Positions 1 to 10,693 of a stretch of 64,000 bases of DNA are shown in pieces. The notes under the pieces were generated by a model, which was not told the DNA's origin, did no database searches, and saw nothing but the letters and a program-made list of their open reading frames with translations. The translations under genes and the position numbers were made by a program. The stretch is from an uncultured Chloroflexia bacterium (GTDB lineage Bacteria > Chloroflexota > Anaerolineae > Anaerolineales > Anaerolineaceae). Every line of letters begins with the position of its first letter. The stretch's first letter is position 1. The DNA lies in NCBI GenBank assembly GCA_963814295.1, contig CAWFCH010000003.1, positions 598,366 through 662,365 of the forward strand, written 5' to 3'.

Positions 1-239
1 AAGGAACCACTTTCGGTAATGTGCCTTTGAACCTTGAAGCGAAACTTGAAGTCTGGGATTCACCCAATTCAGCCGGCGTCGTGATCGACGCGGTTCGCTG
101 CATCAAACTTGCGCTTGACCGGGGCATCTCCGGACCATTGATCGCGCCTTCCTCCTACTTCATGAAGACCCCGCCGCAGCAGTTCAGGGATGATGAGTGC
201 CGCGAAAAAACCGAAGCGTACATCCGCGGCGAAATTTAA
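1..239 (+). CDS. ino1: myo-inositol-1-phosphate synthase, C-terminal fragment (5' part outside window)
   Basis: Frame is open to the window edge. [27 protein letters not shown]...[10 protein letters not shown] matches the conserved C-terminus of bacterial/archaeal MIPS. Confidence 0.75.
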   Translation, partial: GTTFGNVPLNLEAKLEVWDSPNSAGVVIDAVRCIKLALDRGISGPLIAPSSYFMKTPPQQFRDDECREKTEAYIRGEI

Positions 240-334
240 CCATTTCAATTCCACCCGATAAAATACCACTTCCCTTTTTTACCCGGGAGGTGGTATTATT
301 TTCAGGCTCGAATATTGCAACCATTATTCAGGAT

Positions 335-694
335 ATGACTGACTGCGTTTTCTGCAACATCATCGCTGGCACCGCCCCCGCCGACCTGCTGTACGAGGAC
401 GAGGATGTGATCGTTATCCGTACTAATCGCCCGGTGGCCCCGGTGCACCTGCTGGTCATTCCGCGTAAACACATCTCCTCGCTGAACGAGCTCCAACCTG
501 AAGATTCCGAACTGGCCTCGCACCTGCTGCTCATTTTGCCGCGCATCGCCCGCCAGGTGCTGGGGAATGACGCTGCCTTCCGCACCGTCATCAACACCGG
601 CGCGGACGCGGGTCAGACGGTGTTCCACCTGCACGTGCATATCATCTCCGGGCGGCCGTTCGTGAGCCACCTTTTTACCCGGGGGCTGCGCTGA
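335..694 (+). CDS. HIT (histidine triad) family protein
   Basis: Internal ATG at 335 gives MTDCVFCNII... The HLHVHIISG histidine-triad motif is present. The stop overlaps the next start (TGATG). Confidence 0.85.
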   Translation: MTDCVFCNIIAGTAPADLLYEDEDVIVIRTNRPVAPVHLLVIPRKHISSLNELQPEDSELASHLLLILPRIARQVLGNDAAFRTVINTGADAGQTVFHLHVHIISGRPFVSHLFTRGLR

Positions 695-2220
695 TGAGAA
701 AAACAGCCCGCCTGCTTTTGGCCGTCTTCCTGGTATTGCTCGCCAGCGGCTGCGTCAAACCCGCGCCCGGCGCGAAACCGTGGCAGGCGTCCGCTTCGAC
801 CGAATCCCCCTCCATTGAACTGCCCGGCCCCACCTCGCCCACTCCCTGGATGCCCGCCACGCGCGTGCCGGGTTCACCCTATTACACACCCACCCCCGAA
901 GCGCCGCGCACCCTGCCCACGCTGCGCGCGGACGCGGAGTACTACACCGTCCAGTACGGCGACAGCCTGGGCAGCATCGCGCTGATGTATAACCTCGACC
1001 TGCCAACGCTCATCGCTGCCAATGACCTCGCTGACCCGGATGTCCTGGAGATTGGCGACGTCATCACCATCCCCGCGCCGCAGCCAGGAGCGGAGCCGTC
1101 GGACTTCAAGATCATCCCCGATTCCGAGCTGGTCTACGGCCCGGTCAGCTCAAGCCTGGATATTGCTGAATTCGTCAACAACCGCAACGGCTACCTTGAG
1201 ATCCACCGCGAAGAGGTCGAGGATGTGGAACTCACCGGCATCCAGATCGTGGAACGGGTCAGCCGGGAGTTTTCCGTCAACCCGCGCCTGCTGCTGGCGC
1301 TGCTCGAATACCGCTCCGGCTGGGTGACCTCCAGGCAGATCGATGAAACCACAAAAGATTACCCCATGGGGCTGCACGACCCGGTTCGTAAAGGGCTTTA
1401 CCTGCAGCTGGCATGGACCGCGAAGCAGCTCAACCGCGGTTATTACCTGTGGAAGATTGACGCCATCTCCTTTACCAGTTTCGCCAACGGCAGGCTGGCG
1501 CTGCTCTCTCCGGCCATCAACGCCGGTACCGCCGGTGTGCAGTATATGCTTGGTGTCAACTCCACCCCCGAAGCCTGGGAAAAAGCGGTTTCTGAGGAGG
1601 GGGTGTACCGCACCTTCACGAATTTCTTCGGCATTCCCTTTGACCTGGCGGTTGAACCGCTTATTCCAGCTGACCTGAGCCAGCCTGATATGGCGCTGCC
1701 TTTTGAGCCGGGCGCGCAGTGGTCTTTCACCAGCGGCCCGCACGCCGGCTGGGGTGAGGGTTCCGCCTGGGCAGCGCTCGACTTCGCCCCTCCCGGAGAG
1801 GAATTCGGCTGTGTCACCTCCGATGCATGGGTCACTGCCGTTGCGGATGGCCTGATCGTGCGCTCAGGCGGCGGCGCGGTGATACTCGACCTGGATGGTG
1901 ATGGGCTTGAGCAGACCGGCTGGACCATCCTCTACATGCACATTGAGACCCGCGACCGCGTCCCTGAGGGCACGTGGGTAGAGACCGGTGACCGCATCGG
2001 TCACGCCTCCTGCGAGGGAGGTTTCTCCAACGGCACCCATGTGCACATCGCCAGGCGTTATAACGGCGAATGGATCTCAGCCGACCGGGACATCCCGTTT
2101 GTGCTGGGCGGTTGGGTTTCTGCCGGTGATGGTGAGGAATACAGCGGAACGCTAACGAAAGACGGCGCTGTAGTTTATTCATGGAATGGACGCGTGGATG
2201 AGAACCAGATCAGTCACTAG
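694..2220 (+). CDS. LysM domain-containing M23 family metallopeptidase (lipoprotein), intact paralog 1
   Basis: Lipobox LLASGC, then LysM (YYTVQYGDSLGSIALMYNLDL...GDVITIP). M23 motifs PHAGWG..ALDFAP and GTHVHIARRYNGEWI are present. Confidence 0.85.
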   Translation: MRKTARLLLAVFLVLLASGCVKPAPGAKPWQASASTESPSIELPGPTSPTPWMPATRVPGSPYYTPTPEAPRTLPTLRADAEYYTVQYGDSLGSIALMYNLDLPTLIAANDLADPDVLEIGDVITIPAPQPGAEPSDFKIIPDSELVYGPVSSSLDIAEFVNNRNGYLEIHREEVEDVELTGIQIVERVSREFSVNPRLLLALLEYRSGWVTSRQIDETTKDYPMGLHDPVRKGLYLQLAWTAKQLNRGYYLWKIDAISFTSFANGRLALLSPAINAGTAGVQYMLGVNSTPEAWEKAVSEEGVYRTFTNFFGIPFDLAVEPLIPADLSQPDMALPFEPGAQWSFTSGPHAGWGEGSAWAALDFAPPGEEFGCVTSDAWVTAVADGLIVRSGGGAVILDLDGDGLEQTGWTILYMHIETRDRVPEGTWVETGDRIGHASCEGGFSNGTHVHIARRYNGEWISADRDIPFVLGGWVSAGDGEEYSGTLTKDGAVVYSWNGRVDENQISH

Positions 2221-3800
2221 GCTGTTTAAGATCGGCAGTGCCTGGGCAGTGCTGCTCACCTCGATGCTCGCCTGCTCGCAGGGGTACGTCACATCGGTTG
2301 AACTGACCGCGACCGCCGAAGTCCGCGGTGTGGTGAATCCCACCAGCGCGCCGACCACCTACATTCCCACCAATACCGCTGTCGCACCGTCCGATCCCCC
2401 CGCGCAACCGCTGGTACCCACGTTCACTGATCTGCCCTTATTCACCAGCACGCCCGCAGCCTACGCGCACCCCTGACCCAAACGCCACACCCAACCCTCC
2501 ACTGCAGTACTACACCCAGGCGGGAGATACGCTGGTTTCCATCGCCGGGCGTTTTGGTGTGAACGCGGACCAGATCGTATCAAACGAACCGCTGCCCGCT
2601 GCCGGTCTGATCAACCCGGGTGAGCTGCTCATCATCCCGGACGTGCTGGAGGATGTTTACGAATCCCTCACCGTGCTGCCAGACAGCGAAGTGGTTTACT
2701 CACCTTCCGCGGTCGGTTTTGACATCGTCGCCTACGTCGCGGAAAACGATGGATATCTCAATCATTACAAAGAGACGGTCGGACCTAAACAATATTCCGG
2801 AGCCGAACTGGTGCAGCGCGTGGCACTGGAGAATTCGATCAACCCTTACCTGCTGCTGACGCTGCTGGAATACAAGAGCCACTGGGTCACCGGGAACCCC
2901 ACCAACATGGCGGAAACCGAATACCCCATGGGCATGGTCAGGCTGGAATACCGGGGGCTTTACAAGCAGCTCTCATGGGCGGTGCAGCAGCTTTCAATCG
3001 GCTATTATGGCTGGCGGGCGGGTACTTTGAATTCACTCACTTTCAAGGATGGCTCCACTGTGCGCATCAGCCCGGGTTTGAACGCGGGAACCGCGGCCAT
3101 CCAGTACCTGTTCTCAAGGTGGTACAACGAGGCGGAATGGGCTGATGCCATATATGGACCGGACAATATGCCTGACCTGATGAGCCGCATGTTCGGGGAC
3201 CTGTGGGCGCGCTCGCGGGTGGTTGACCCGCTTTACCCCGCTGACCTGCAGCAGCCGGATTTCAGCCTCCCCTTTTACGCAGGGCGCGTGTGGAGTTACA
3301 CCGGCGGACCACACTCCGCCTGGGGAGCTGATGGCGCGCTGGCAGCGCTCGATTTCGCGCCTCCATCAGCAGTCTCAGGTTGTGCCCTTTCCAATGAATG
3401 GGTCACCGCCATGGCACCGGGTGTCATTGTCCGTACCGGAAACGGTATCGTCATCCAGGACCTGGACGGTGACGGCGTAGAGCAGACCGGCTGGAACATC
3501 ATGTACCTGCACGTTGAAACCCGTGACCGCGTCCAGGTTGGTACAATTGTCGAAACTGGTGATAAAATCGGACATCCATCCTGTGAAGGTGGTGTTTCCA
3601 CCGGTACGCATGTGCACGTGACGCGCAAGTTCAACGGAGAATGGATTCTGGCGGATGGACCGCTACCCTTTATGATGAGCGGTTACATGGCGAAGAATGG
3701 AGACAAACCATATGAAGGTCAGCTGGTGAACGGTGATCACACAGTCACTGCCGACGAGCTGGCTTCACCGAAGGCGAACATCCAGGTCCCCGGGTTCTGA
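2186..3800 (+). pseudogene. LysM/M23 metallopeptidase paralog 2, one frame break near 2474 (or assembly indel)
   Basis: The signal/lipobox part (LLTSMLACSQG) is in frame 2 and ends at TGA 2474-2476. The LysM (QYYTQAGDTLVSIAGRFGV) and M23 parts (PHSAWG..ALDFAP, GTHVHVTRKFNGEWI) continue in frame 0. Skipping 1 nt joins them. Confidence 0.7.
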
Positions 3801-3829
3801 TACAATTGCCCGGGTGATCGAATAAGAAA

Positions 3830-5349
3830 ATGAAATTTACAAAGCAAGTCGGGCATCTCAATATTTTTGCTATTCTCGCACGGATGGGCATCGTCCTCAC
3901 CCTGTTGCTGCTGGCCGCCTGCGCGCCGGCGTCACCCGCCACGGTTTACTACATCACCCCGCTGCCTCAAACGCCCCAACCCGAGGAGGAGGAGGTTAAA
4001 GAACCAACTCCCATCGCCACCCGCCCGGTATACGACCCTGGCACACTGGTGGATTACACCGCCCAGATCTGGCGACACCCTACCGGTGCTCGCGCTGCGC
4101 TTCAACACCACAATGGATGAGATACTTGAAGCCAACCCGGATCTGTCTGGTGACATAACCACCCTTTCCCCGGGTGATGAGATCAGGATACCCATCTACT
4201 ATGAAGCCTTGTGGGGCAATCCCTACCAGATCATCCCCGATTCCCTCTTCGTGAACGGTCCCGCCCAGGCCGATTTTGATACGCGCGCCTTCGTGGACGC
4301 TCACCCCGGCTGGTTGAAAAATTATTCATCACTCGCCGGTGGAGAGATTCGCCGTGGTGGCGACCTGGTTGATTATGTGGCGCTCAATTATTCCGTCAGC
4401 CCGCGCCTGCTGCTGGCGCTGGCCGAATTCCAGGTTGGCGCGTTAACCGCTGAGACCCTGCCGGAGGAAATGAAGCGCTACCCGCTGGGGTTCGAAGACC
4501 TGTTCCACGAGGGATTTTACCTGCAGCTTACCTGGGCAGCCAACGTGCTGAACAACGGTTATTACAACTGGCGCACCGGCACACTCGATACCATCACCAG
4601 GCTGGACGGCACCATCGAGCACCCGGATCCGTGGCAGAATGCTGCAAGTGTCGCGTTGCAATATTACTTCGCCGGTCAATTGCCTGTCGACGGATTATCA
4701 GAAGGCGATTTACAGCGAAGGTTTTTACAAAACTTACACAGAACTTTTCGGTGACCCCTGGCAGAACGTCGTCAACCATATTCCGGGTAACCTGCAGCAG
4801 CCGGAGCTGGCGTTGCCATTCGAGCTTGGCAAGACCTGGACCTACACAGGTGGACCGCACGCCGCCTGGGGGCACAGCGCGCCGTTGGCGGCAATTGATT
4901 TCGCTCCCCCGGCTGCAATCGGTGGGTGTGCGCCCAGCGATCAGTTTGTAACCGCTGTTGCAGATGGTCAAATCGTCAGGTCAGAACCAGCGATCGCGCT
5001 GCTCGACCTTGACGGGGACGGCGATGAGCGCACCGGTTGGGTGATCCTTTACCTCCACCTTGGATTGAATAACCAGATACAACCGGGCATGCTGGTGAAG
5101 ACCGGTGACCCCATCGGGCATCCCTCCTGCGAGGGCGGTTCGGCCACCGGGACGCATGTTCATATCGCGCGCAAATACAACGGCGAATGGGTTTCAGCCG
5201 GCGGCACACTTGCCTTCAACCTTGAAGGGTGGATCGCTGGTAACGGCATCGAGGAATATCAAGGAACCTTAAAGAAACACGGCAGGACAGTAGATGCCTG
5301 CACGTGCTCCGACCCTGCCAGCCAGATAACCGCTGGTTTATTCGATTAA
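3830..5349 (+). pseudogene. LysM/M23 metallopeptidase paralog 3, two frame breaks near 4067 and 4690 (or assembly indels)
   Basis: Three consecutive ORFs in frames 2, 0 and 1 together rebuild signal peptide, LysM (YTAQ|SGDTLPVLALRF), central domain and M23 (PHAAWG..AIDFAP, GTHVHIARKYNGEWV), colinear with paralog 1. Confidence 0.7.
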
Positions 5350-5380
5350 CCTGACAAAATATTCTATGTTAACTACTTCG

Positions 5381-5413
5381 AAAAAAGCTTCCTGTTGAAA
5401 GGAAGCCTTTTTT
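5381..5413. terminator. bidirectional intrinsic terminator between convergent genes
   Basis: A-run, stem gcttcct/aggaagc with a 6-nt loop, then ctttttt. Confidence 0.6.
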
Positions 5414-5414
5414 C

Positions 5415-5831
5415 TTATGCTTCTTCGATGCGGTAACTGGTAGTGATATTGGCTGCCTTGCGCAGCATGGCCATCCCGGGGCAGTACTTGTTCTCGCTCA
5501 ATTCAACAGCCCGCGCAACCGCCTCCGGGTCGATGTCCCTTCCCTTGATGACATATTCAATCGTGATATCCGTAAAAACCTTGGGGTGTTCCGTTGCCCG
5601 GTCACCATGTAGCTGAATCTCAAAATCGGTGACCTTCTGGCGTTTCTTTTCAAGGATCGAGATGACGTCCATTGCTGTGCAGCCGCCAAGACCCATCAGG
5701 ATCATCTCCATCGGCACCACGCCCTCCCCCGTGCCGCCGTGATCGATCGACGCGTCAAAGGGTACCTCAATATTCGAGTCTGCTACACCCTTAAACGCGA
5801 GCCCGTATTTCCATTTCAGTTTTGCATCCAT
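5415..5831 (-). CDS. OsmC family protein (peroxiredoxin-like)
   Basis: 138 aa with the typical OsmC/Ohr layout (GLGGCTAMDVISILEKK..., ...ENKYCPG). Confidence 0.8.
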   Translation of the reverse strand: MDAKLKWKYGLAFKGVADSNIEVPFDASIDHGGTGEGVVPMEMILMGLGGCTAMDVISILEKKRQKVTDFEIQLHGDRATEHPKVFTDITIEYVIKGRDIDPEAVARAVELSENKYCPGMAMLRKAANITTSYRIEEA

Positions 5832-5936
5832 GTGAATTTTCTCCTGATTAATGTTTTATTATTTCAATTCTTTAGCTATTTATCATAACATCAATGCCGT
5901 TCATCCTTTCTCCAAACTGGAGAAATGAGTTGCTTA

Positions 5937-6155
5937 TCAGGTGAATCCGCCGCCAGGTTCCCGGTAACCGCAGACGGAGCAGCATAAGATCAGCAGACCG
6001 TTGTAATTCATCTTGCCCTTCCCGCAAACCGGGCAGGGCTGACCGGGTCTTAGCGCCATACAACTGCTGCCTTGTGAATCTAAGTCTGCAGCTTTTCCGT
6101 TAGAAAAATCCTCCTCAGTCAGTCTATCCTGAGAACCTTTTTTGGATTCAATCAT
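5937..6155 (-). CDS. small zinc-ribbon protein, third gene of the sigma/anti-sigma operon
   Basis: Start MIESKK overlaps the anti-sigma stop (GATGATTGA). C-terminal CPVCG...CSVCG forms a four-Cys ribbon. Confidence 0.5.
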   Translation of the reverse strand: MIESKKGSQDRLTEEDFSNGKAADLDSQGSSCMALRPGQPCPVCGKGKMNYNGLLILCCSVCGYREPGGGFT

Positions 6156-6411
6156 CCTTGGCTTTCCCGCCAGGATCATCGAGTTTGAGCCTTGCAAACA
6201 ATCGGGATCGAATCTGTTCCGGCAAGGCGTCTTCGCTGCCATAAACATGGTATAGATCAATGGTTTTCTGCAACGTATTCAGTACAACACGGCAATTTTC
6301 ACATTCCTGCAGATGCGCTTCAAGAAGGGCACACAGTTCAGGCTGCAGTTCACCATCAATGTAAGCAGAGAACCGTGCCAGGTAATCTTTACAGTGACCA
6401 TACTCACTCAT
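6148..6411 (-). CDS. anti-sigma factor (zf-HC2 type)
   Basis: H-x3-C-x2-C motif (HLQECENC) in an 87-aa protein. It overlaps the sigma-factor stop by 8 nt. Confidence 0.75.
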   Translation of the reverse strand: MSEYGHCKDYLARFSAYIDGELQPELCALLEAHLQECENCRVVLNTLQKTIDLYHVYGSEDALPEQIRSRLFARLKLDDPGGKAKDD

Positions 6412-7012
6412 TGCTGTTAGACCCCTTCATCCGTTCGCGGAAATAATCGCCAAGCTCAGCGCGTAATTTTAACCTTGCTCTCACCAGTCGGGTTTTTACG
6501 GTATCCTCATTGATCTGTAATATTTCCGCCGTCTCTTGGGTTGAAAAACCCTGCACATCCCTTAATATAAATACCATTCTCAACGCCGGTGATAGTTGTT
6601 CTGCTGCTCTGGTCAACATGACCAGGGTTTCTTCAGAAAGAAACTCGTGCTCAGGCAGGCAACACCAATCCACAATATCAAGGTCATGCTCGCCATCTTC
6701 CTCTTCGCCGGCATAACCATCCACATGAACGATATTCTTGCTTTTCCTCAACAACATCAGGGCTTCATTGACCGCGATGCGGAAAAGCCAGGTGGTAACC
6801 GAAGAGCGCTTTTCAAATCCCGGCAGTGCTTTGAATGCCTTTATGTAAGTTTCCTGCAGCATATCCTCCGCGTCCTGAGGGTTGCCCAGCATGCGCAGTC
6901 CCAGGTTATAAATCCTCCCTGACGTCCTATCCACCAGTTCGCTAAAAGCCTGGCGATCCCCCGCCAGCAGCTGGTCGACGAACGCAACGGAGAATTCTTT
7001 ACCCTCGTTCAT
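6404..7012 (-). CDS. RNA polymerase sigma-70 family ECF sigma factor
   Basis: Region 2 (DAEDMLQETYIKAFK, WLFRIAVNEA) and region 4 HTH (FSTQETAEILQINEDTVKTRLVRAR). Confidence 0.9.
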   Translation of the reverse strand: MNEGKEFSVAFVDQLLAGDRQAFSELVDRTSGRIYNLGLRMLGNPQDAEDMLQETYIKAFKALPGFEKRSSVTTWLFRIAVNEALMLLRKSKNIVHVDGYAGEEEDGEHDLDIVDWCCLPEHEFLSEETLVMLTRAAEQLSPALRMVFILRDVQGFSTQETAEILQINEDTVKTRLVRARLKLRAELGDYFRERMKGSNSNE

Positions 7013-7040
7013 TTAGATGTACCTTTGTGGAAAAAGTGAC

Positions 7041-8069
7041 TTAACTCAACGGCCATGTCGGCAGCACATCCAGGTCAAGTGGATCTACATGCCCGGCACA
7101 GTAGTGATAATAACCGGCGCTGGCGATCATCGCCGCGTTATCCGTGCATAAAGACAATGGCGGAATGTGAACCGGGAATTCAGACTGGCTGATGAACGCG
7201 TTACGCAAGGCTTCATTGGCTGAGACCCCACCCGCCACCAGGATCGACCTGACCTCAAACTGGCGGGCAGCTTGCATGGTTTTTTCATAGAGAACATCCA
7301 CCACGGCTTCCTGGAAGCTGGCAGCAAGGTTGGCCACCGGCAGCAGACGGTTTACTTTTTCCAGCGCGCGCACCTCCCGCAGCACAGCGGTCTTCACCCC
7401 GCTGAACGAAAAGTTCCAGGTACCATCGAGGCGGGAGCGCGGGAAGGAAAAAGCATTGGGGTTGCCCTCCCTGGCTGCCTTCTGAATCGAAGGACCCCCT
7501 GGATAGGGCAATTTGAGCATGCGCGCTACCTTGTCGAATGCCTCACCGGAGGCGTCATCCAGTGTTCCACCGAGATGTTTATACTGAAGATGATCGGTCA
7601 CCAGGTTGAGTTCTGTGTGTCCGCCGGAGACCAGCAGCACCATCTGTGGGAATTCCGGTGGCGGGGGCGGTTTTGGGGTATCCGCCGGGTAAAGCCAGGC
7701 AGAGTAAATGTGCCCCTCAAGATGGTTGATGCCGATCAAAGGGATCTGCTTACCCAGCGCGAGCCCTTTGGCGGCGTTCATCCCCACTACCAATGAACCC
7801 GCCAACCCCGGCCCCCTGGTGACGGCGATGGCCTCAATATCCGCCAGGCTGAGGTTGGCGCGCTGCAGCGCTTCCTCGATCACCGGGTAAATGGTGCGGA
7901 TGTGTTGGCGGGATGCCACTTCGGGGAAAACCCCCCCGTATTTGACGTGGAGATCGATCTGGGTTGCCACAACGCTTGAGAGGATCTCGCGGCCGTTTTC
8001 AACCACTGCTGCCGCTGTTTCATCGCAGGAGGTTTCAATTCCGAGCACCCTGGCTGGTTTAAGATTCAT
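7041..8069 (-). CDS. tsaD: tRNA N6-adenosine threonylcarbamoyltransferase
   Basis: VLGIETSCDETAAAVV..., GGVFPEVASRQH and VSGGHTEL are Kae1/TsaD hallmarks. Length 342 aa. Confidence 0.9.
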   Translation of the reverse strand: MNLKPARVLGIETSCDETAAAVVENGREILSSVVATQIDLHVKYGGVFPEVASRQHIRTIYPVIEEALQRANLSLADIEAIAVTRGPGLAGSLVVGMNAAKGLALGKQIPLIGINHLEGHIYSAWLYPADTPKPPPPPEFPQMVLLVSGGHTELNLVTDHLQYKHLGGTLDDASGEAFDKVARMLKLPYPGGPSIQKAAREGNPNAFSFPRSRLDGTWNFSFSGVKTAVLREVRALEKVNRLLPVANLAASFQEAVVDVLYEKTMQAARQFEVRSILVAGGVSANEALRNAFISQSEFPVHIPPLSLCTDNAAMIASAGYYHYCAGHVDPLDLDVLPTWPLS

Positions 8070-8099
8070 ATTGACGATCCTTTTTCCAGTTCATCCTGC

Positions 8100-9350
8100 T
8101 TATTTCATCGGCAGTACAAGGTCCTTCGGGAAATCCACCAGGATTTCGAACTTTCCATCTGGTGTGACCCATAACGAATCCTCGATCCTTACACCCATAC
8201 CGCGTTCAGGGTAATACAAGCCCGGTTCAAGTGTGAAGGCTGACCCCGGTGCCAGGATATCGGTCGGCGAGGGATTTATAGCTGATGACCAGGGCTTTTC
8301 GTGCACCCGCAGGCCAATCCCGTGCCCCAGGCTGTGAACATAACCTTTTTCGATTGTCGGGTCTGATTTAATGGACGGGTGCCCCATCGCCTCGAACAGC
8401 TCACAGGTGCGCTCCTGGTATTTGTAGAAGGGTGCATTCACCTTCAGTTCACTGTAAACAGTATCGTAAACCTGCTTCACCTGGTCATAAACTTGCTGCA
8501 CTTCGTCCGTGGCATAACCCAGCGACCAGGTACGGGTGAAATCGTAGAAATAGCCGCCGCCTGCTTCACAGGGGTAAATATCGTAAACGATCGTCTGACC
8601 AAGTTTTAGCGCATCACCAGTCGTGCCAACGGAATGCGGAATCCCGGCATCCCTGCCGATGGCGAAAATGGTGCCCTCGGGGTTCTCCACCCCCCTTTCA
8701 GCAAGCCAAAGGTTGATCAGGTTTTTCACCTCGCCAATGGTTACTGGAGAACCATCCTTGTGAACAACTACTTCATTTTTGGTCTTATGCCCGGTAATAT
8801 AGTCCGCCGTTTTTGCCACCACCGCGGTGGTGATGCGCCCCATGTTGCGGATGTGCTCGATCTCATCAGCATCTTTGGTCATCATGGCGTTCATCAAAAT
8901 TTCATCGCGGACAAAACCGGTGAACTGCAAGTCAGGCATTAATTCCTGCAGACGGTTCATGACCGAAAAGAATGGTCCCACTTCATCTTTTCCGTAAAGA
9001 GCCACACGTCCGCGAGTCAGCTTCACATCCTCAAGGATCATTTTGAGCCTCAGGACGAATGCTTCGAGATAATTACCGCCAGCCTGTTTGATCAACTCGG
9101 CAATGGGATATTTCATCATGCTGACCAGGGGTAGCCCTGATTTTGCTGCTTCTTCACGCTCCATCGGGTAATGGAAGAGCACAGCCTCCTTGCCGCGCTG
9201 TTTAATGAGAATGGCATCGGAGACATGCGCTGTCCCCACGAAATAGATCATCGACGGGTTGTGCTGCGCTGACCCAATGATGAACAACGCGTCGATGTCA
9301 TGCTTTTTCATAAGCTTGTCAATATCAGTTTTCATTCGATACTCCTGCAA
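8100..9350 (-). CDS. M24 family metallopeptidase (Xaa-Pro aminopeptidase-like)
   Basis: Creatinase-like N-domain plus pita-bread motifs (HSVGT, HSLGHGIGLRVHEKP, EPG). The start could instead be the ATG at 9335. Confidence 0.8.
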   Translation of the reverse strand: MQEYRMKTDIDKLMKKHDIDALFIIGSAQHNPSMIYFVGTAHVSDAILIKQRGKEAVLFHYPMEREEAAKSGLPLVSMMKYPIAELIKQAGGNYLEAFVLRLKMILEDVKLTRGRVALYGKDEVGPFFSVMNRLQELMPDLQFTGFVRDEILMNAMMTKDADEIEHIRNMGRITTAVVAKTADYITGHKTKNEVVVHKDGSPVTIGEVKNLINLWLAERGVENPEGTIFAIGRDAGIPHSVGTTGDALKLGQTIVYDIYPCEAGGGYFYDFTRTWSLGYATDEVQQVYDQVKQVYDTVYSELKVNAPFYKYQERTCELFEAMGHPSIKSDPTIEKGYVHSLGHGIGLRVHEKPWSSAINPSPTDILAPGSAFTLEPGLYYPERGMGVRIEDSLWVTPDGKFEILVDFPKDLVLPMK

Positions 9351-10693
9351 TGTGGGTTTTCATGATTTTGATCAATATCTCATCTTCGTTTTCCAACACT
9401 GTGCGCGGGTCCAACAGCAGCCTGCCGCCCTGAACCCTTCCGATCAACGCGGGTTTCGCCTGCCGAAGTTGAGCAGCGAATGCAGTCCACCCGCGGGATG
9501 TTGAATGATAGCACAAAGGTTGGCAGTGTTTCTTCCGGCAGACTCCCGCCGCCAACTGTGGATCGTTCCTCCACCACTTCCCCGCTGCCGATCTGCTGCC
9601 GCCAGTATACAGCTCGTTGTTTGAGCTCTCCAGTTGAAATTGAGATCATCCGCCACACCGGGATCGCCTGTGTTGCGTCTCCTCGCAGATAATGCTGCAG
9701 TGTAGCGCTCAGCGCAGCCAGGCATAATTTATCCGCACGGATGGCGCGCGCCAGCGGGTGACGTTTGATCCTGGCAATTAACACCGCCTTACCGATGATG
9801 ATGCCTGCCTGCGGACCGCCGAGCAGTTTATCGCCGGAAAAACATACCAGGTCTACCCCCGCCTTAAGGGATTCCTGCACCATTGGCTCATGCGCCAAAC
9901 CGAAAAGGGTTGTGTCCAGCAACGCGCCGGAACCCAGGTCATCCAGCACGGGTACATCGTAGTGATGGGCCAGCGTGACGAGTTCCTCCAGGTCCGGTTG
10001 TGTGGTGAACCCGACCAATTTGAAGTTGGAGCTGTGCGCGCGCATCATCAATGCCGCGCCATCCTGCAGCGCATTCTCGTAATCCGCCAGGTTGACCCGG
10101 TTGGTGGTACCGACTTCGACCAGCCGAGCGCCCGATTGCTTCATCACATCCGGGATGCGAAAACCACCGCCGATCTCCACCAGCTGCGAGCGTGAGATCA
10201 CCACCCCCCGCCTTCTCGCGAGCGCTGATAAACACAACAAAACGGCGCCAGCGTTGTTATTGACCACCAGCGCGTCCTCCGCGCCGTTTAACCGGCACAA
10301 TAGGTTGCTGGCGTGCACACTGCGGGAACCCCGTTTGCCTTTTTCAAGGTCATACTCCAACGTGGAAAACCCACTGCCTATTGTGTAGATGGCTTCAAGT
10401 GCGCTCTGGCAGAGCGGTGCCCTGCCCAGGTTGGTGTGCAATATCACACCGCTGGCGTTGATCACCCTGTTAAGCGTGGGTTTCGACTGCTGAATGAGCA
10501 GCTTCTCGCATCGCTTTAACAAGACTTCCCCGGAAAGTTCATCCCCTTCCTGTTCAGGGTCCTGCCTGATACGTTCAAGGACCATTTGAATGGCATCAAC
10601 AACCTGGGTCCGCCCAAATTGCTCGATAAGTGCAACCGCGTTCGGATGGTTCACAAGCTTATCCACAGAAGGGAGCTTGCGTAGATCAATCAT
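9325..10693 (-). pseudogene. selA: L-seryl-tRNA(Sec) selenium transferase SelA with a C-terminal frame break near 9490 (or assembly indel)
   Basis: 437-aa ORF with SelA motifs (NASGVILHTNLGRAPL, FSGDKLLGGPQAG). The conserved C-terminus (AAQLRQAKPALIGRVQGGRLLLDPRTV) lies in overlapping ORF 9325..9555. The junction is at cccgcggg. Confidence 0.75.
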
